Assembly: GCF_030028105.1 (NCBI RefSeq)
Contig: NC_092375.1
Coordinates: 34,199,130-34,263,129, forward strand
Direction of reading: 5' to 3'
DNA length: 64,000 bases
Origin: Mobula birostris
Lineage: Eukaryota
A model generated the notes under the pieces. It was not told where the DNA came from. It searched no databases and saw only the letters and a program-made list of their open reading frames with translations. Numbering within the stretch: the first letter of the stretch is position 1; each line of letters starts with the position of its first letter. This document shows positions 47,180 through 60,942 of the stretch, one piece after another. Both the position numbers and the translations under genes were made by a program.

Positions 47180-50100
47180 AATTATCAGAATCAGGTTTAC
47201 TATCACGAACATAGGTTGTGAAATTTGGTTGCAGTGCAAGACATAAAGATTACTAAGTTGCAAAAATAAGTATATAGTGTTATAAATAAATAATGATTAG
47301 GTGTTCGTGGGCCATTCCAAAATATGATGCTAGAGGAGAAGAAGCAGTTCTTAACATGTTGAGTGTGTGTTTTCAAGTTCCTGTACCTGGTGGTAAGGTG
47401 ATGAATGCTGCCTTTCTGAAACACAGCCCCATGAAGATGTCACAGGTGGTGGTGAGGGTTGTGCCCGTGGTGGATCTGGCTGAGTCTACAACCCGCTGCA
47501 GCCTCTTTCCGTCCTGTGAATCGGAGGCTCCATGCCACCCCACAAATAAATTCCATTTGAAGTTACAGACAGAATTGAATGTACATCAACTCTGGCAGGG
47601 TTTGCAGGCTCTTCCAGCAAGGTGAAACCTAACGTCATGAGTGGCTGTGATGTTTCACTCCCAGGTACACCTCTTATGTACACTTTGAAAGAGAGAATAA
47701 AACTACATCCCTGCAGCATCTGGTGATTTCGCAACCTCTGTCTTGGTGGTTGATGTGAAAACTTCTTTCAGGAGGATGAACCCTCACAAGGCATCAGGCC
47801 TTGATGGTGTACCCAATAGGGCAGTAAAAACCCATGCCAATCAATTGGTGGGCGTGTTCAAAGATATCTTCAACCTCTTACTGCTGCAGTTGGTGGTTCC
47901 AGCAGCTTCAGAAGGGCAACGATCATACCAGTGGCCAAGAAGAGCAGGGTGAGGTGCCTCAATCACTATTGCCCTGTTGCTCTCACATCTACTCTGAAGT
48001 GCTGTGAGAGTTTGGTCGTGGCCAGAAACAACTCGCACCTCAGCAAGGGGGGATCAAGTTTATTGTCATCTGATTGTAGATATATACAACCAAACGAAAC
48101 AATGTTCCTCTGGACCACGGTGCACCCACAAAACGTGCAGCACATGAAACAAAATATTACCATATTAAGTTAAATATAATTCGAAGTGCATGTGTGCAGC
48201 ACAAGTAAATAGCAAACAGTAACTAGTACAGTAAACCATTTCTTGTCCTAGTGTCATGACCTTGGTGGTGGCAGGGTATTAGTCTCACAGCCACAGTCTG
48301 GCAGTTCTAGTCCTGATGCTCCTATACCTCCTTCCTGACAGTAGTGGGTCAAAGTGATTGTGGGATGGGCGGTAGGGATTCTCAACAATGCTTTGGGCCC
48401 TTCGTATACAATGCTCCTGATAAATGTCACAAATGGGCGGAGGGACACCCCAGTGATCAACCCTGGGTTTTACTATCCTCTTGGGTCTTGCAGTTCAATG
48501 GCTTGCAGCTTCCATGACACACAATGATGTAGCCAGATAGGACACTCTCAATGATGCTCCTGTAGAAAGTTGTTAGAACGGGGGCAGCGAACATTGCACA
48601 CCTCAATCTCCTCAGAAAGTGTAGAGGAGGTGTTGTGGGCTTCAGTTTGATCATTACTTATGTGTACACCAAGGCACTTAACGCTCTTCACTCTCCCCAT
48701 AAGAAACAGACTGATGTGCAATGGAGAGTGGTTGACCTGTGCCTTCCTGAAGTCCACAATCAACTCTTTTGTCTTGTCCTCATTGAGACTCAGGTTGTTG
48801 TTTTCACACCATTTGACAAGTGCCTCTACCTCTTCTCTCTCTGTCAACATATCATTGTTTCTGATAAGACCAACTGCTGTTGTATCATCAGTGAACTTGA
48901 TGATGCAGTCTGAGCTGAATCTGGCAGTGCAGTATTGAGTCAGAAACAGGCTGAGCACACAGCTCTGGGGAGCACCAGTGCTCAGCGTGATGGGGCTTGA
49001 GATGTTGCAGCCAACTCAGACTAACTGCGGTCTTTCCATTAAGAAGTCCAAGAAAGGGGTGTTGAGGACCTAGGCCCGCTGTAATTTGCCTATCAGCACA
49101 ATAGACCTACAGAGGAAGCAATCTCACTGGCTCTCTGCCCAGTCTTGGACAATAGCAATACCAACATCAGGCTTTGTTTATTGATTACAGCTTAGAGTAC
49201 AATATCATCTCCTTGGTACTAAGCAATAAGTTCCAAAATCTGGGCCTCTGTCCTTCCCTTTGCAACTGGATCCTTGACTTCCTCATCTGAAGACCACAGT
49301 CAGTGCGGATTGGAGATAGCGTCTCTTCACTGACAATCAACACTGGTGCACCTCAAGGACGTGTGCTTAGCCCACTGCTCTACTCTTCATACACCCATAT
49401 CTGCATGGCTAGGCACAGCTCAAATACCATCTATAAATTATCCAATGATACAACTATTCTTGGCAGAAATTCAGATGGTGACGAGGCATACAGGAGCAAG
49501 GTAGATCAGCTGGTTGAGCAGAGTGCATACATGTCACCAAGAAAACCCTGAGGTGCTATACCCTGCTGGCATACTTGGCCTGGTTGGTGAAGATCTTTGA
49601 TGATGGATGCCGCTTTTCTATGCCAATGTTTCATGTAGATATGCTCAATGGTTGGGAGGGCTTTGCCTATGATGTACTGGGCCAAATCCACTACCTTTTG
49701 TAAGATTTTCCACTCAAAGGCATTGGTGTTCCTATTCCATGCCAAAATGTAGCCAGAAGGCACACCTTCCACCAGACATCTATAGAAGTTTGCCAAGGTT
49801 TTTGATGACGTGCCAAATCTCCACAGACTCCTGAGGAATTAAAGGTGCTGTTGTGCTTTCTTTGCAATTATATTTCCTTTTCCTTTCACTCAATGTCAGT
49901 AAGAACTAGGAATTGATTGTGGACTTCAGGAAAGGAAAGTCAAATCCTCTTTGAGGGATTAGCAGTGGAAAGGGTGAGGAGATTCAAGTTCCTGGGTGTC
50001 AACATCTCTGAAGATCTATCCTAGGCCCAACATATTGATGCAATTACAAAGAAGACTTGACAGTGATTTTATTTCATTAGGAGTTTGAAGTGATTTGGTT

Positions 50101-51570
50101 TGCTACCAAAGGCTTCAGCAAATTTCTACAGATGTACCATGGAGATCATTCTAACTGGTTGCATCAACTTCTGATACGGAGCGTCCACTGTACAGGATTA
50201 AAAAAAGCTGCAGAAAGTTGCAAATTCCAAATGATGTAGAGCCGCTGGTACATCAATGCAATCATTCCTTGTGATCACATCAATGTGTTTATTTAGCCCA
50301 GAATAGATTGTCTGAGATGTCGACGCCCAGGAACTTGAAGCTGCTTATCTAGTCCACTGCCAACCCTTTGTTCTCTCAACTTCCCCTTCCTCTAAGTGCG
50401 AGGTTGTTGTTGCGACACCACGCAAACTGCTGATTTCTCTCACTCATGTACGCCCTCTCATCACCAGCTGAATTTCTGTCAACAACAGTTGTGTTTCCCC
50501 CAACAACATCAGCGAGTTATAATTGGCGTTTGAGCTATGTCTTGCCACACAGTCATGAGTGTAGAAAGAGTAGAGCAGTGGGTTCAGCACGTGCCCTTGA
50601 CTTGCATTGTGTGGATTTTTGATCTCACAGTGACCTTTCGTTGGTCGTGCCTGGACGGCTTCCCTATAGGGTTGTGGATTGCCGGTCTTGGACGCCACAT
50701 TCTAGCCCATAGCAGACTGCGAATCTCACAGATCATCCAGGACTTGCAGTTTGGTAAGACTCAATATGTTCCCAAAGGCATGCACTCATCAACGCTGAAG
50801 TCAGTTATGGCTGTTCAGTTGTTATTACTGATTTGCACTGTCGTCGTTCTCTCAATAAGGAAGAAACCAGTTGCAAAGGAGGGACAGTGGCCGAGGTTTT
50901 GAAGCTTGTTGGTTAGTAGTGAGGAGATGATGGTGTTGTACACTGAGTTGGAATTGATAAACAGTGGTCTAACATATATTTTATTGTTTAGGTGTTCCTA
51001 GTGGAGAGCCATGTAAGATTGCGTCCGCTGTAGAGCTATTGTAGTGATAGGCAACTTGCAGTGGGTCCAGGTCCTTGCTTGGAACTCAGCCCTCCTCTCT
51101 GTAACTGGATCTTGGACTTCTTGACAGAAAGACCCCGGTCTGGTAGGGAAATTGTAGAAGCTCTAGGTCCCTGCTCAGGCAGCTCACCCAGTTCTTCAGA
51201 GGCAGGTGGGAAACTCTGACTGCAACAGTGAGAGGTTGAAGATGTCCGTGAACACCCCAGCTGATTGTTTGGAACATATTCTCAATACCCCATCAGGCAC
51301 ACTGTCATTTTGCCCTCACAACGATTTTCCTTAGGCCTTATCTGGACTTATAGAGGAGTCGGGATCTCTGGTCTTGAAAACAAAAGATCCAGCCCTCAGC
51401 AGACTGGAACTCACAGTTCATTCAGGACATTCAGTTTAGGAAGATTCATTATGTTCTTGAAGGCACACACTCATTCATGCAGATCTTGATGAAGTCGGTG
51501 ACACCCGTGGAATATTCATTCAGATTTGAAGATGAATCTCTGAATATGGTTCAGTCCACTGATTTAAAGC
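47180..51570. mobile_element. Cluster of at least 8 Rex1-like LINE fragments in alternating orientation
   Basis: ORF-track pieces on both strands: 'KASGLDGVP', 'IIKFTDDTTAVGLI...KTKELIVDFRK', 'NTGAPQGRVLSPLLY', 'LTTFYRSIIESVL', 'YTHDCVA'. Confidence 0.85.
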
Positions 51571-51634
51571 AGTTCTATCACTTGCACCCTCTGCCCCCCC
51601 ACCACCATCACGCCTCCCTTGACCACACTATACG

Positions 51635-54590
51635 ACCATAAGATATAGGAGCAGATTTAGACCATTTAGCCCATCGAGTCTGCTCTGCCATTTCATTACG
51701 GCTGATCCAATTTTCCTCTCAATCCCATTCTCCTGCCTTCTTTCCGTAATGTTCCACACCTTGACTAATCAGGAACCTATCAACCGCCACCTTAAATACA
51801 CCCAATGATGACCTCCATAGCCACCTGTGGCAACGAATTCCATAGATTCACCACCCTCTGGCTAAAGAAATTCCACCTCATCATTCTAAATGGATGCACC
51901 TCTATTCAGTGGCTGTGTCCTCTGGTCCAAGACTCTCTACTATAGGAAACATCCTCCCCACAACCACTCTCTTGAAGCCTTTCAACATTTAATAGGGTTC
52001 AATGAGACACCACCTCATTCTTCTAAATTCCCAGGAGTACAGGCCCGGAGCCATCAAATGCTCCTCATCTGATAAGCCTTTCTTACCCGGAATCATTCCT
52101 GTGAACCTCCTCTAAACCCTCCCCAATGTCCGCACATCCTTTCTGAGATAAGGGGTCCAAAGCTGATCATATTACTTCAAATGAGGCCTCATCAGTGCCT
52201 TATAAAGCCTCAGCATTACATCTTGCTTTTATATTCTTGTCCTCTTGAAATGAATGCTAACATTGCATTTGCCTTCCTCAACAATGACTCAGCCTGCAAG
52301 TTAACTTAGGGACACCTGCACAAGAACTCTCAAGTCCCTCTGCACCTCAGATTTTTGGATGTTCTCATTACAAAAATAATCTACACTTTTATTCCTTCTA
52401 CCAAACTGCATGACCATACACGTCCCAACATTGTATTCCATCTGCCACTTCTTTGGCCATTCTCCTAATCTAAGTCCTTCTACAGCCTTCCTGCTTCCTC
52501 AACACTACTTGTCCCTGCACCTATCTTTGTATCGTCTGCTAACTTGGCTACCAAGCCATCAATCCCATCATCCAAATTATTGACAAATAACATAAAAAGC
52601 AATCACAACACAACCCCTGCAAAACCCCTAATCACTGACAGCCAACCAGAAAAAGCCCCCTTTATTCCCACTCTTTACCTCCTGCCAGTCAGCTAATCTA
52701 TCCATGCTGATATTTTTCAAGTAACACTATGGGCCCTTATCTTGATAAGCAGCATCAAATGGTATACCTTCTCAAAGGCCTTCTGAAAATCCAAGAACAC
52801 AACATCCACCAATTCTCCTTTGTCTATACTGCTTGTCATTTCCTCAAAGGATTCCAACAGATTTGTCACTCAAGTTTTTTCCTTAAAGAAACCTTACTGA
52901 CTTCAACCTGTTGTATCATATGCCTCCAAGTAATCTGAGACCTCATCCTTAACAATTGACTCCAACATCTTCCCAACCACTAAGGTGAGGCTCGCTGGTC
53001 TATAATTTCCTTTCTTTTGCCTTCCTTCCTTAATGAGTAGAGTGACATTTTGCAATTTTCCAGTCCTCCGGGTCCATGCCAGAATCTAGTGAATCTTGAA
53101 AAATCATTACTAATGCCTCCACAAACTCTTCAGTTACTTCTTTCAGAAACCTAGGGTGAGTCTATCTGACTTACATCAGATCTTTCAGCTTCCCTAGCAC
53201 CTTCTCTCTACTAACTGCACTCACTTTGCCCCAAAACTTTTGAACTTCCAGCATACTGCTTGTGTCAGTAAAGACTGATGCTAAATACTTAATCAATTCG
53301 TCCACCATTTCTTTACTACTATTACCCCACCATTACTACTTCTCCAGCATCATTTTCCAGTGGACCAATATCTACTCTCACCTCTCTTTTACTTTTTATA
53401 TACCTAAAAAAACTTCTGGTATACTCTTTGATGTTATTGGCCAGTTTGCCATCATATTTCATTTTTCCCCTCCTTTTGCCTTTTAGTTGCCCCTATTGGT
53501 TTTTAAAGCTTCTCAATCTTCTAACTTCCCACACCTTGTTGCTGTTACATGCTCTGTCCTTTGCTTTTATGTTGTCTTTGACATCCCCTGTCAGCCACGG
53601 TTGCACCATCATGCCTTTAGAATAATTCTTCAACTTTGGGACGTATTTATCCTGCTCTTTCTGAATTGCTCCAAGAATCTCCAGTCATTGCTGTTCTGCC
53701 ATAATCACTGCCAGTATTCCCCTTTAATCAACTTTAGCCAGATCCTCTTTCATGACCCAGTAATTCCCTTTATTCTACTGTAAAACTGATCTGTCTGACT
53801 TTAGCTTCTTCCTCTCAAATTGCAGGGTGAATTTTATAACCTCCTAAGGGTACATTTACCTTAAGCTCCCTAATCAAATCCTGTTCAATTCTCAATACTG
53901 AATCCAGAATAGCCTTTCCCTGAGCAGGGTCAACCACAAGCTCCTCTAAAAAGTCATTTCATTGGCATTCAACAAACTCTGTCTCAGGTTCTAGCACCAG
54001 CCTGATTTTCCCAATCTACCTTCATATTGTAATCCCACCCCTGCCCCCATGACTATCGTATCATTGTCCTTTTCTATCTTGCATTGCAATTTGTATCCCA
54101 TATCTTTGCTACTGTTTGGAGGCCTGTAGACTCCCATCAGGGTCTTATTACCCTTGCAGTTTCTTAACTCTACTAACAAAGACTCTACATCTTCCGATAA
54201 TATCAGCTCTAATGATTTAATTTTTTACCAACAGAGGCACGTCACCCCCTCTGCTTACCTGCCTGCCCTTTCGATACAATGTGTACCCTTGGATGTTAAG
54301 TTCCCAACTACAAGCTTCTTGATTTGACGATGCCCACACCATACCTGCCAATCTCTAACTGCGCTACAAGATAATCTCTACCTTATTCTGTGTACTGCAT
54401 GCATTCAAATATAGCACTTTCATTCCTCCATTTGTCACCCCTTTCCAATTTTGTCATATTACACTGCAACTCATTCCACTGACAGCAATTTTTCCCTACC
54501 ATCAGCCTGTCCATCCTGACAGTCTCACTACAGACCACATCTGCTTGTATACCAACTGCCCCATCCTCAGCCCTATTACTCTAGTTCCAG
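51635..54590 (-). mobile_element. Degenerate CR1 LINE (about 3 kb)
   Basis: Collinear with the CR1 at 15079-18146; 'VELRNCKG..TLMGVYRPPNS'; tail 'cataagatataggagcag'. Confidence 0.88.
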
Positions 54591-54639
54591 TCTCGACCTT
54601 TATGTTGGGAGTAGAATTACAGTCAAAGTGTGGGTGTGG

Positions 54640-55134
54640 GATGGCACAGTACAGCATTCTTGGTGCTGTAAGAGATAGTGTGTGTTGGCTTCTCTGGCCC
54701 AGCAGGTAACATATTGGTGGTAGTTTGTCATAGAGGGTAGCAGACACCAACAAACTCATTCGTAAGGCCAGTGATGTTGTGGGGATGGAATGGACTCTCT
54801 GACGGTGGTGTCTGAAAACAGGATGCTGTCCAAGTTGCATGCCATAATGTACTGGTTGGGCACAGGAGTACATTCAGCCAGAGACTCATTCCACCAAGAT
54901 GCAACACAGAGCGTCATAGGAAGTCATTCCTGCCTGTGGCCATCAAACTTTACAACTCCTCCCTTGGAGAGTCAGACACCCTGAGCCAATAGGCTGGTCC
55001 TGGACTTATTTCCTGGCATAATTTAACATATTACTATTTAACTATTTATGTTTATATTACTATTTATTATTTATGGTGCAGCTGTAATGAAAACCAATTT
55101 CCCCCGTGATCAATAAAGTATGACTATGACTATG
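54640..55134 (+). mobile_element. Rex1-like 3' fragment with (TATGAC)n tail
   Basis: 'R.SFLPVAIKLYN'-type end, AATAAA, then tatgactatgactatg. Confidence 0.7.
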
Positions 55135-55654
55135 TAAAATAAACTGAGAAATCAGATGAAACTCATACAAAATACAAGTTCAGAGAACTCAACCAGAGTG
55201 GAAGACCAGATTTGTAGATAAAAGGTAATATGGGGATAATTAGTCAGAGATAAGACTGCTTAACTGACAACCATCAGAAATCTCTAACTATGCAACACTC
55301 CAATATATTCAAGGGTTGGGAATGGCAGTCATCCTGGAAGAAACAGCATTACCTAGGACCAGTAGTATCAGGGCCATTGTATTACGAATATTTCAAATAT
55401 TGTATTTCATCTTCTGCATTTATAGTGATAGATATTTGTACTGTGAAAGAATCAAGGTGCAGTTTCACAGGGGCATAATTTCACTGAAAAGCAAAGTAGG
55501 ATTAGTGGGGAGAATAACATTCTAGCATTTGTATATGGATTTCACGTTAAAGAGTATTAATATGCTCATCATCTTTCAAAGATTTGTTCACCTGGGTATA
55601 ATTCAATTCTCCTGAATCTGACCAAATTCTATCTAATATGGCTAATTGCTAATT

Positions 55655-56050
55655 TGAACAATCTGCTGGAAGAGCTCTGCAGCTTAAGTAGCATGGGGCA
55701 GGGCGGGGGGGGGGAGCAGAAGGGAAAACTTGTTGACAATTTGGGTCAGAACCATGATGCAGTTTCAACCTGAAACATAAACAATTCATTGCCACCCCAT
55801 ACTGCTCAACTGCAATGAGTTCCTCCAGTACATTGTTAATACAGATCCAACAAATGCTTCTTTTTGTCTGTTTTACTACTCCATCGCAGTTTCTTCAAGA
55901 TATACCAAATTTCAAGAAGTTTTCCTCCTCTCTCTCTAGCTTCTATTCAGATCTAGTGCAGGGTTTTGACTCAGTATTGACAATTCCTACCCCACCCCTC
56001 ATCTCAGATGCTGGTCAACTTGCTGAATTCCTCAAGCAGATTGTTTGTGT
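55655..56050. mobile_element. Degenerate Penelope terminal repeats
   Basis: 'gagttcctccagta', 'gatgctggtcaacttgctgaattcctcaagca' match the Penelope end at 32490-32530. Confidence 0.5.
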
Positions 56051-56499
56051 TTAACTGCCAGTTTGATTTAGTCAAAGGAGTTAATCTTAATAACAGGTGT
56101 CTAGAAAGATGGGAGGGGACAGAGGTGGCACACCAGTTTGCTCTACTTCTTCACAGCTCCATGGACCTGCATTTGATGTTCATATCTGTACTGAGTTTGC
56201 ATATTCTCCTTCAAAAGAATTGGATTCTGCCACATCCCAAAGGTATATTTTATCCCGTAGTGTAGAGTGTGGTGTGGCAAAAAGAAAAAGGAGTTGATCC
56301 ACATGTAACAGAGGGCCTTAGGGAAACCAGGAACAGCAGGAAGGGATTACATTGCTCAGTGTTCTCCTTTCATGGTATGGTAAGAAGTCGCTTGATACCA
56401 TTCAATCAATATTAGTTGTTAATGTTGTTCCCCACATATTCCATAATTAGCATTCTTGCATGCAACTCATTATACAAACTGTACATTAAAATATTTAAC

Positions 56500-59400
56500 A
56501 AGAATTATTGATCCAGAAAGCATTTTATTTTCCCTGCCCAACCTGCAAAATCTGACATATTCAGGACAAATAAAAATCACATTTCCTTAACAAAAGAACC
56601 TCATATGTAAACAGACAAAAAGCTTCTTTTTAATATACAGCACAAAACTTACAGATGAAGGAAAACAATTCTAACATCTGAAAATACACAGCAAGCTTTA
56701 AAATTTAAATCCTGCACATCATCTGCTCCTGCACCTGTGATTTATTGTTAATTCATTTTGGCCATCTAGGAGAGTACAATTACCACAGGGAGAAAGGACA
56801 ATCTCGATATGTTAGCAATCATTTCACCATTTTGACTGTCCCAATAATCAAAAAATTATATATGGTTTTAGAGACAGAAGAAATAATTGAAGGCAAATAA
56901 TGGGATTAACGTTTCAAGGCAAGGATAATTTTTTTAAACATGCTGTGACCATTTGTAACAAAACAGCATGTTCAACAAGTTGCTCATTTACCATTGTTTC
57001 CATTCACCATTGGCAGCTAAGTTTAAAATATTCTGGAATAGTAAAATGAAAACCATACAAAATAAAATGTGATCAAGAATCACAATGTACAAAAATACTT
57101 TTTGAATATTGTTGACCATGAATGCTTTTTAAATAAGCACTTTTTAGAATTTAAAGGTGTATCAGGGAGATACTTTAAAACTCCCCCTCCCTTCAGTGAA
57201 AGCAAGTTTCTATTACATGCCTTGCACATAGAATGACTTCCATATTTGTTACAATTCTGAATTAGGTTATTTGAATAAGAAATGAAAATAAAATGCAATT
57301 AAAGGATAGCAAAACTCTCTAGTCTATTCACCTATTGCCTGCTGAGGTTTAAAAGAGAGTGGTAGGTCAGGAGAACAAGGGAAGACATAAGTATATAAAC
57401 CACACTTCTCCCATCATTCTAAATCAATCAAGGTGACCCACGAGACAAACTTATGATCTGATAAAGCTCTGAAATAATCTATGCTCAGCACAGTACCACA
57501 GACAAGGATGAGTGGTTTAATACTACATACATAGTAAGTTGGGTAAATTACACAAAAATCATTTTTAGTTCTTGGTTGCAGTCTCTATAAAACTGCATTC
57601 CAACTAAGTCTAAACAGCATGCCCAAACTGCTAATAGTAATGAAAGCAATCAACAATGAAAGGTATAGTCAATGTAGTTTGTAGCAATGAAGTTCCTGTG
57701 CCCAGATGTACCAATTTGAAAAGATTGTATTAAAATGAGCAATGCCATTTAACTTTTTTAACAGCTTTTGTGCTTGACTGGATAAGAAAGTTTTTTTCTG
57801 ACACAAACTCACTGTAAAAGCAAAATAAAAAATTGCAGTACAACCGCATATTCTACCACCTTTGGTGCTTCAAAACTAATCAATTTCTTTTAAAAGGCAG
57901 CAAATAAGAAAACCCTGTTCTTTCTCACCCAATTTTTCCCTCCTTCTTGTTGTTGAGCTTGGTTACCTAATCCAAGCCTCGACATTCTACATGAGTGATT
58001 GTTATACTTGCCTGTGTGCTCCCTTTATATGGTTTAGCCAGATATGCAAAAAGTTCATAGTTATTCATGCTATGGTCAGGTTTTACTTTCTTTCACAAGG
58101 ACAAAAAGTAGCAAACTGCTACTTTCTTTCTCAAGCTTTGAGCAACCTTTCTTGCACAAGGCTCAATGGTGAGCTCCCGAACTGTGGTGTGCTTCACAGC
58201 TAACAGTTTCTAGGCCTGACACTGACACGTCAACTACATAAAGGGTCCATGAGAGTCATCAATTGAAATCAGCCAAAACAGATACCTGTGGAACATTAAT
58301 TATGTAGAGCTTTTGTTTAAAATGAAATTGTCATTTTCAATTGAAAAAAATATAAATTTAAGATATTTACCAGAAGTGTAACCAAGTTACTCAATTTAAA
58401 GAAACACCCAGAGCAACACAAATAATTGCACTAAAGGATTGATTTTTACTCCTGTTAATTTCATTTCTCTCCCCCACCCCAGTAAAAGACAAAATAATTT
58501 GTGCAAAAAGGCATGGCCTTTCTAAATCTCTAGAACTCTGCCACAACTCAACTTCATCTGCAAGTCTGCTGAATGGTGGCAGTTTGGTCAGCGAGCAACA
58601 CACACTTGCCTGGGATATTCCCTCTATGCCATTCTGCCACATCAAAAGACACTTTGTGGGAAGGATAAGAAATCAGCAAAAGATTCTTCCTTATTACTCA
58701 ATGACACTATAAAAATTTTAATGCCACCAACACATTTATCAAGCTACTGCCTCTGATTTACCAAAATGCGATGAAGCGTTCACAATCTCTATCTTAGGCT
58801 ATATTGACTATCAATTACATAGCCAACAGCAAAAACTTTGTTATATTTATTAGGTTTCTGAGATCAGAGACAATGAAAACTAAGGTAACTGTGCTTTTTA
58901 AATGAATGAAATAAGGTTAAGAATCTTTCTGAAGCTTGGATTACCTTTATATGTAGAGAAGCAATATTAGTTTTGGACATCACAGTGAACCTCCCATTGT
59001 GCAAAGTATTTATTACACTGAGCCATTTACAGCATCAATTTCAGGTATAAATCACTAAGATTTTTTTAACAAGAAAGATTATTGCATGAATAAAGCTGTC
59101 TACATTTAATATTTACAGAATCCTAAACATAGTGTGCGAAACAGGAGGTGTCTATAGCCTCTAATATACAGCTGTAAAGGGAGACATCTATGATTCTCCA
59201 ATTACAATGTTGAACATTAAAGTCAATGGAACAAAAATAGTCTGAAGGCAGATTAAATGGAAAGCTTCTTTTTTACTAGGCCGAAGTCCTAAAGGCCCAG
59301 ACTAATGACATAAGGATTGGAAAATTAATAGTAACTACTTCTTTATGTACAAGCACTGAATCAATTTAACAGCATTTAGGTTTAAGCACTTTCCATTGAA

Positions 59401-60709
59401 TGTTATTTTTCATATTTCTGCCAGATTTATACAACTGTAAAAGCTAAGCTGGGAGGGAAGAAAACAGGAATTCTGTTAATGAAGTAAACTAGTGATTAGC
59501 TTTGATAGGCTCTATAAATGGCAAGTCTAAAGAAACGAGAATTCCTGACATTGTACCAAAGAACGGAATACAGCAAAAGACTTAGCTAAGAGCCAGAGCT
59601 CAGTGTTCTAAGAGTCTATCGGTTTGAGTTAAGAGAGGTGAATATCCTGTAGTACACTGGATCAGTAACTCCATTCTGTTTTGAAATTTACAATTTATTG
59701 CAGTTGCTCAACAGAACTAATTCTAAACTCTGGAATGCAGAGACTAGGATAGTAAAAAAAAAATCCAGCAAGGTTAAGGCTTACTGATTCATGTGGTTAC
59801 AATCACAATCAGTTATTTTAACTTTTAATGTGTGGCATAAAATTGCTAATCCTTCTGCACATCCAATTGCTTGGTGACTACTTTCACTGAATACATTTCT
59901 TATGAGATTTGGAATGATGATATATATTCACCATACTCTTTAACAGGTCAGTCACATGCTAAATTATGTATGTATTGTGAAGGATGACTTCTATTGAAAA
60001 TAATTTGGACTTGGCGCTTGTTAGAACTAATCTGCACATTTTCTTGTTTCATTCCAATACTTGGTGATTTCATGTTTCACATCACAAGTGATTTCATGTT
60101 TCACATCACAAGTGATTTCATGTTTCACATCACAAGGCAAAGTTAAACTATTCCCACTTAAGTCTACACACAACTTAGGACTGTATCACTAGGCAATCCT
60201 TTTGCTGGGGAATAATGTTGCACTGGGAAATATAAACACTTTAGGGTAGTTTTTTTTTTTAAGTACTTGCACAATTTAAAATGTGCTCAACACAAAAATA
60301 CCCCTCCCCAATATGAAGCATAAAACTATTCTCTGCAACTAGGCAATTAATGACCATGAACTTTTCAAATGCAAAAATTAAACTCTTCCTTTTAGGTACT
60401 AATAGGAACATATGTTAATTTATAGCACTCCAAATCAAACAGCACACCGCATCACTAAAAATAATCAGTGGTAGCTTTGAAAAATGACAAGATCTAAATG
60501 TCAAATTCTGTTGAAATATTCTGCCACTTGTATCAATGTTTACTAAACACATTGCACTCATTACAATTTATAGTGAGAAAGTCTTTAAGTATACATTATA
60601 CACCCATCACTGAATGGTTTCCATTCCAAAACAATCTGGAGGATTTTGAACATATGTTAATCCCTAAATTTCTATTCCATATCCCCCATCGCATTCAACT
60701 CTGGTCACT
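56500..60709 (-). other. PCNP: Putative long PCNP 3' UTR
   Basis: About 4.2 kb of AT-rich sequence with no repeat I can recognise, directly after the stop codon. Minus-strand AATAAA at 59694-59699, 56741-56746 and 56524-56529. Confidence 0.5.
60064..60135. repeat. Perfect tandem repeat, 24 bp x 3 (GTGATTTCATGTTTCACATCACAA)
   Basis: Directly visible; no spacers. Confidence 0.97.
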
Positions 60710-60833
60710 TTAGTCATCATCTGCAAAATTTCGCAGCTGACTCTTCATTTTCCGTTCCCATAACCTCTGGTTATCAGAAAATCCTTGTTTTCCTTTGTTG
60801 AAAGAATTTGGTCCTGCTGATGTTGGTGTTTCC
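60710..60833 (-). CDS. PCNP: PEST proteolytic signal-containing nuclear protein, last coding exon (earlier exons lie beyond the window)
   Basis: Acceptor cctctccctgcag|, phase 2. Encodes (R)[40 protein letters not shown], matching the recalled human '[28 protein letters not shown]'. Confidence 0.95.
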
Positions 60834-60942
60834 CTGCAGGGAGAGGATACAAATAACCAAAAGACAAAACTTAGTTGATTTTCATGGAAAAATTAAAAAC
60901 ATGTTTGCTAAATTTCCCAATATAAATCATTTAACATGATCA

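Noticed and set aside
60064-60135. 24-bp direct repeats as a CRISPR array
   Set aside because: Head-to-tail with no spacers, no cas genes, and vertebrate context.
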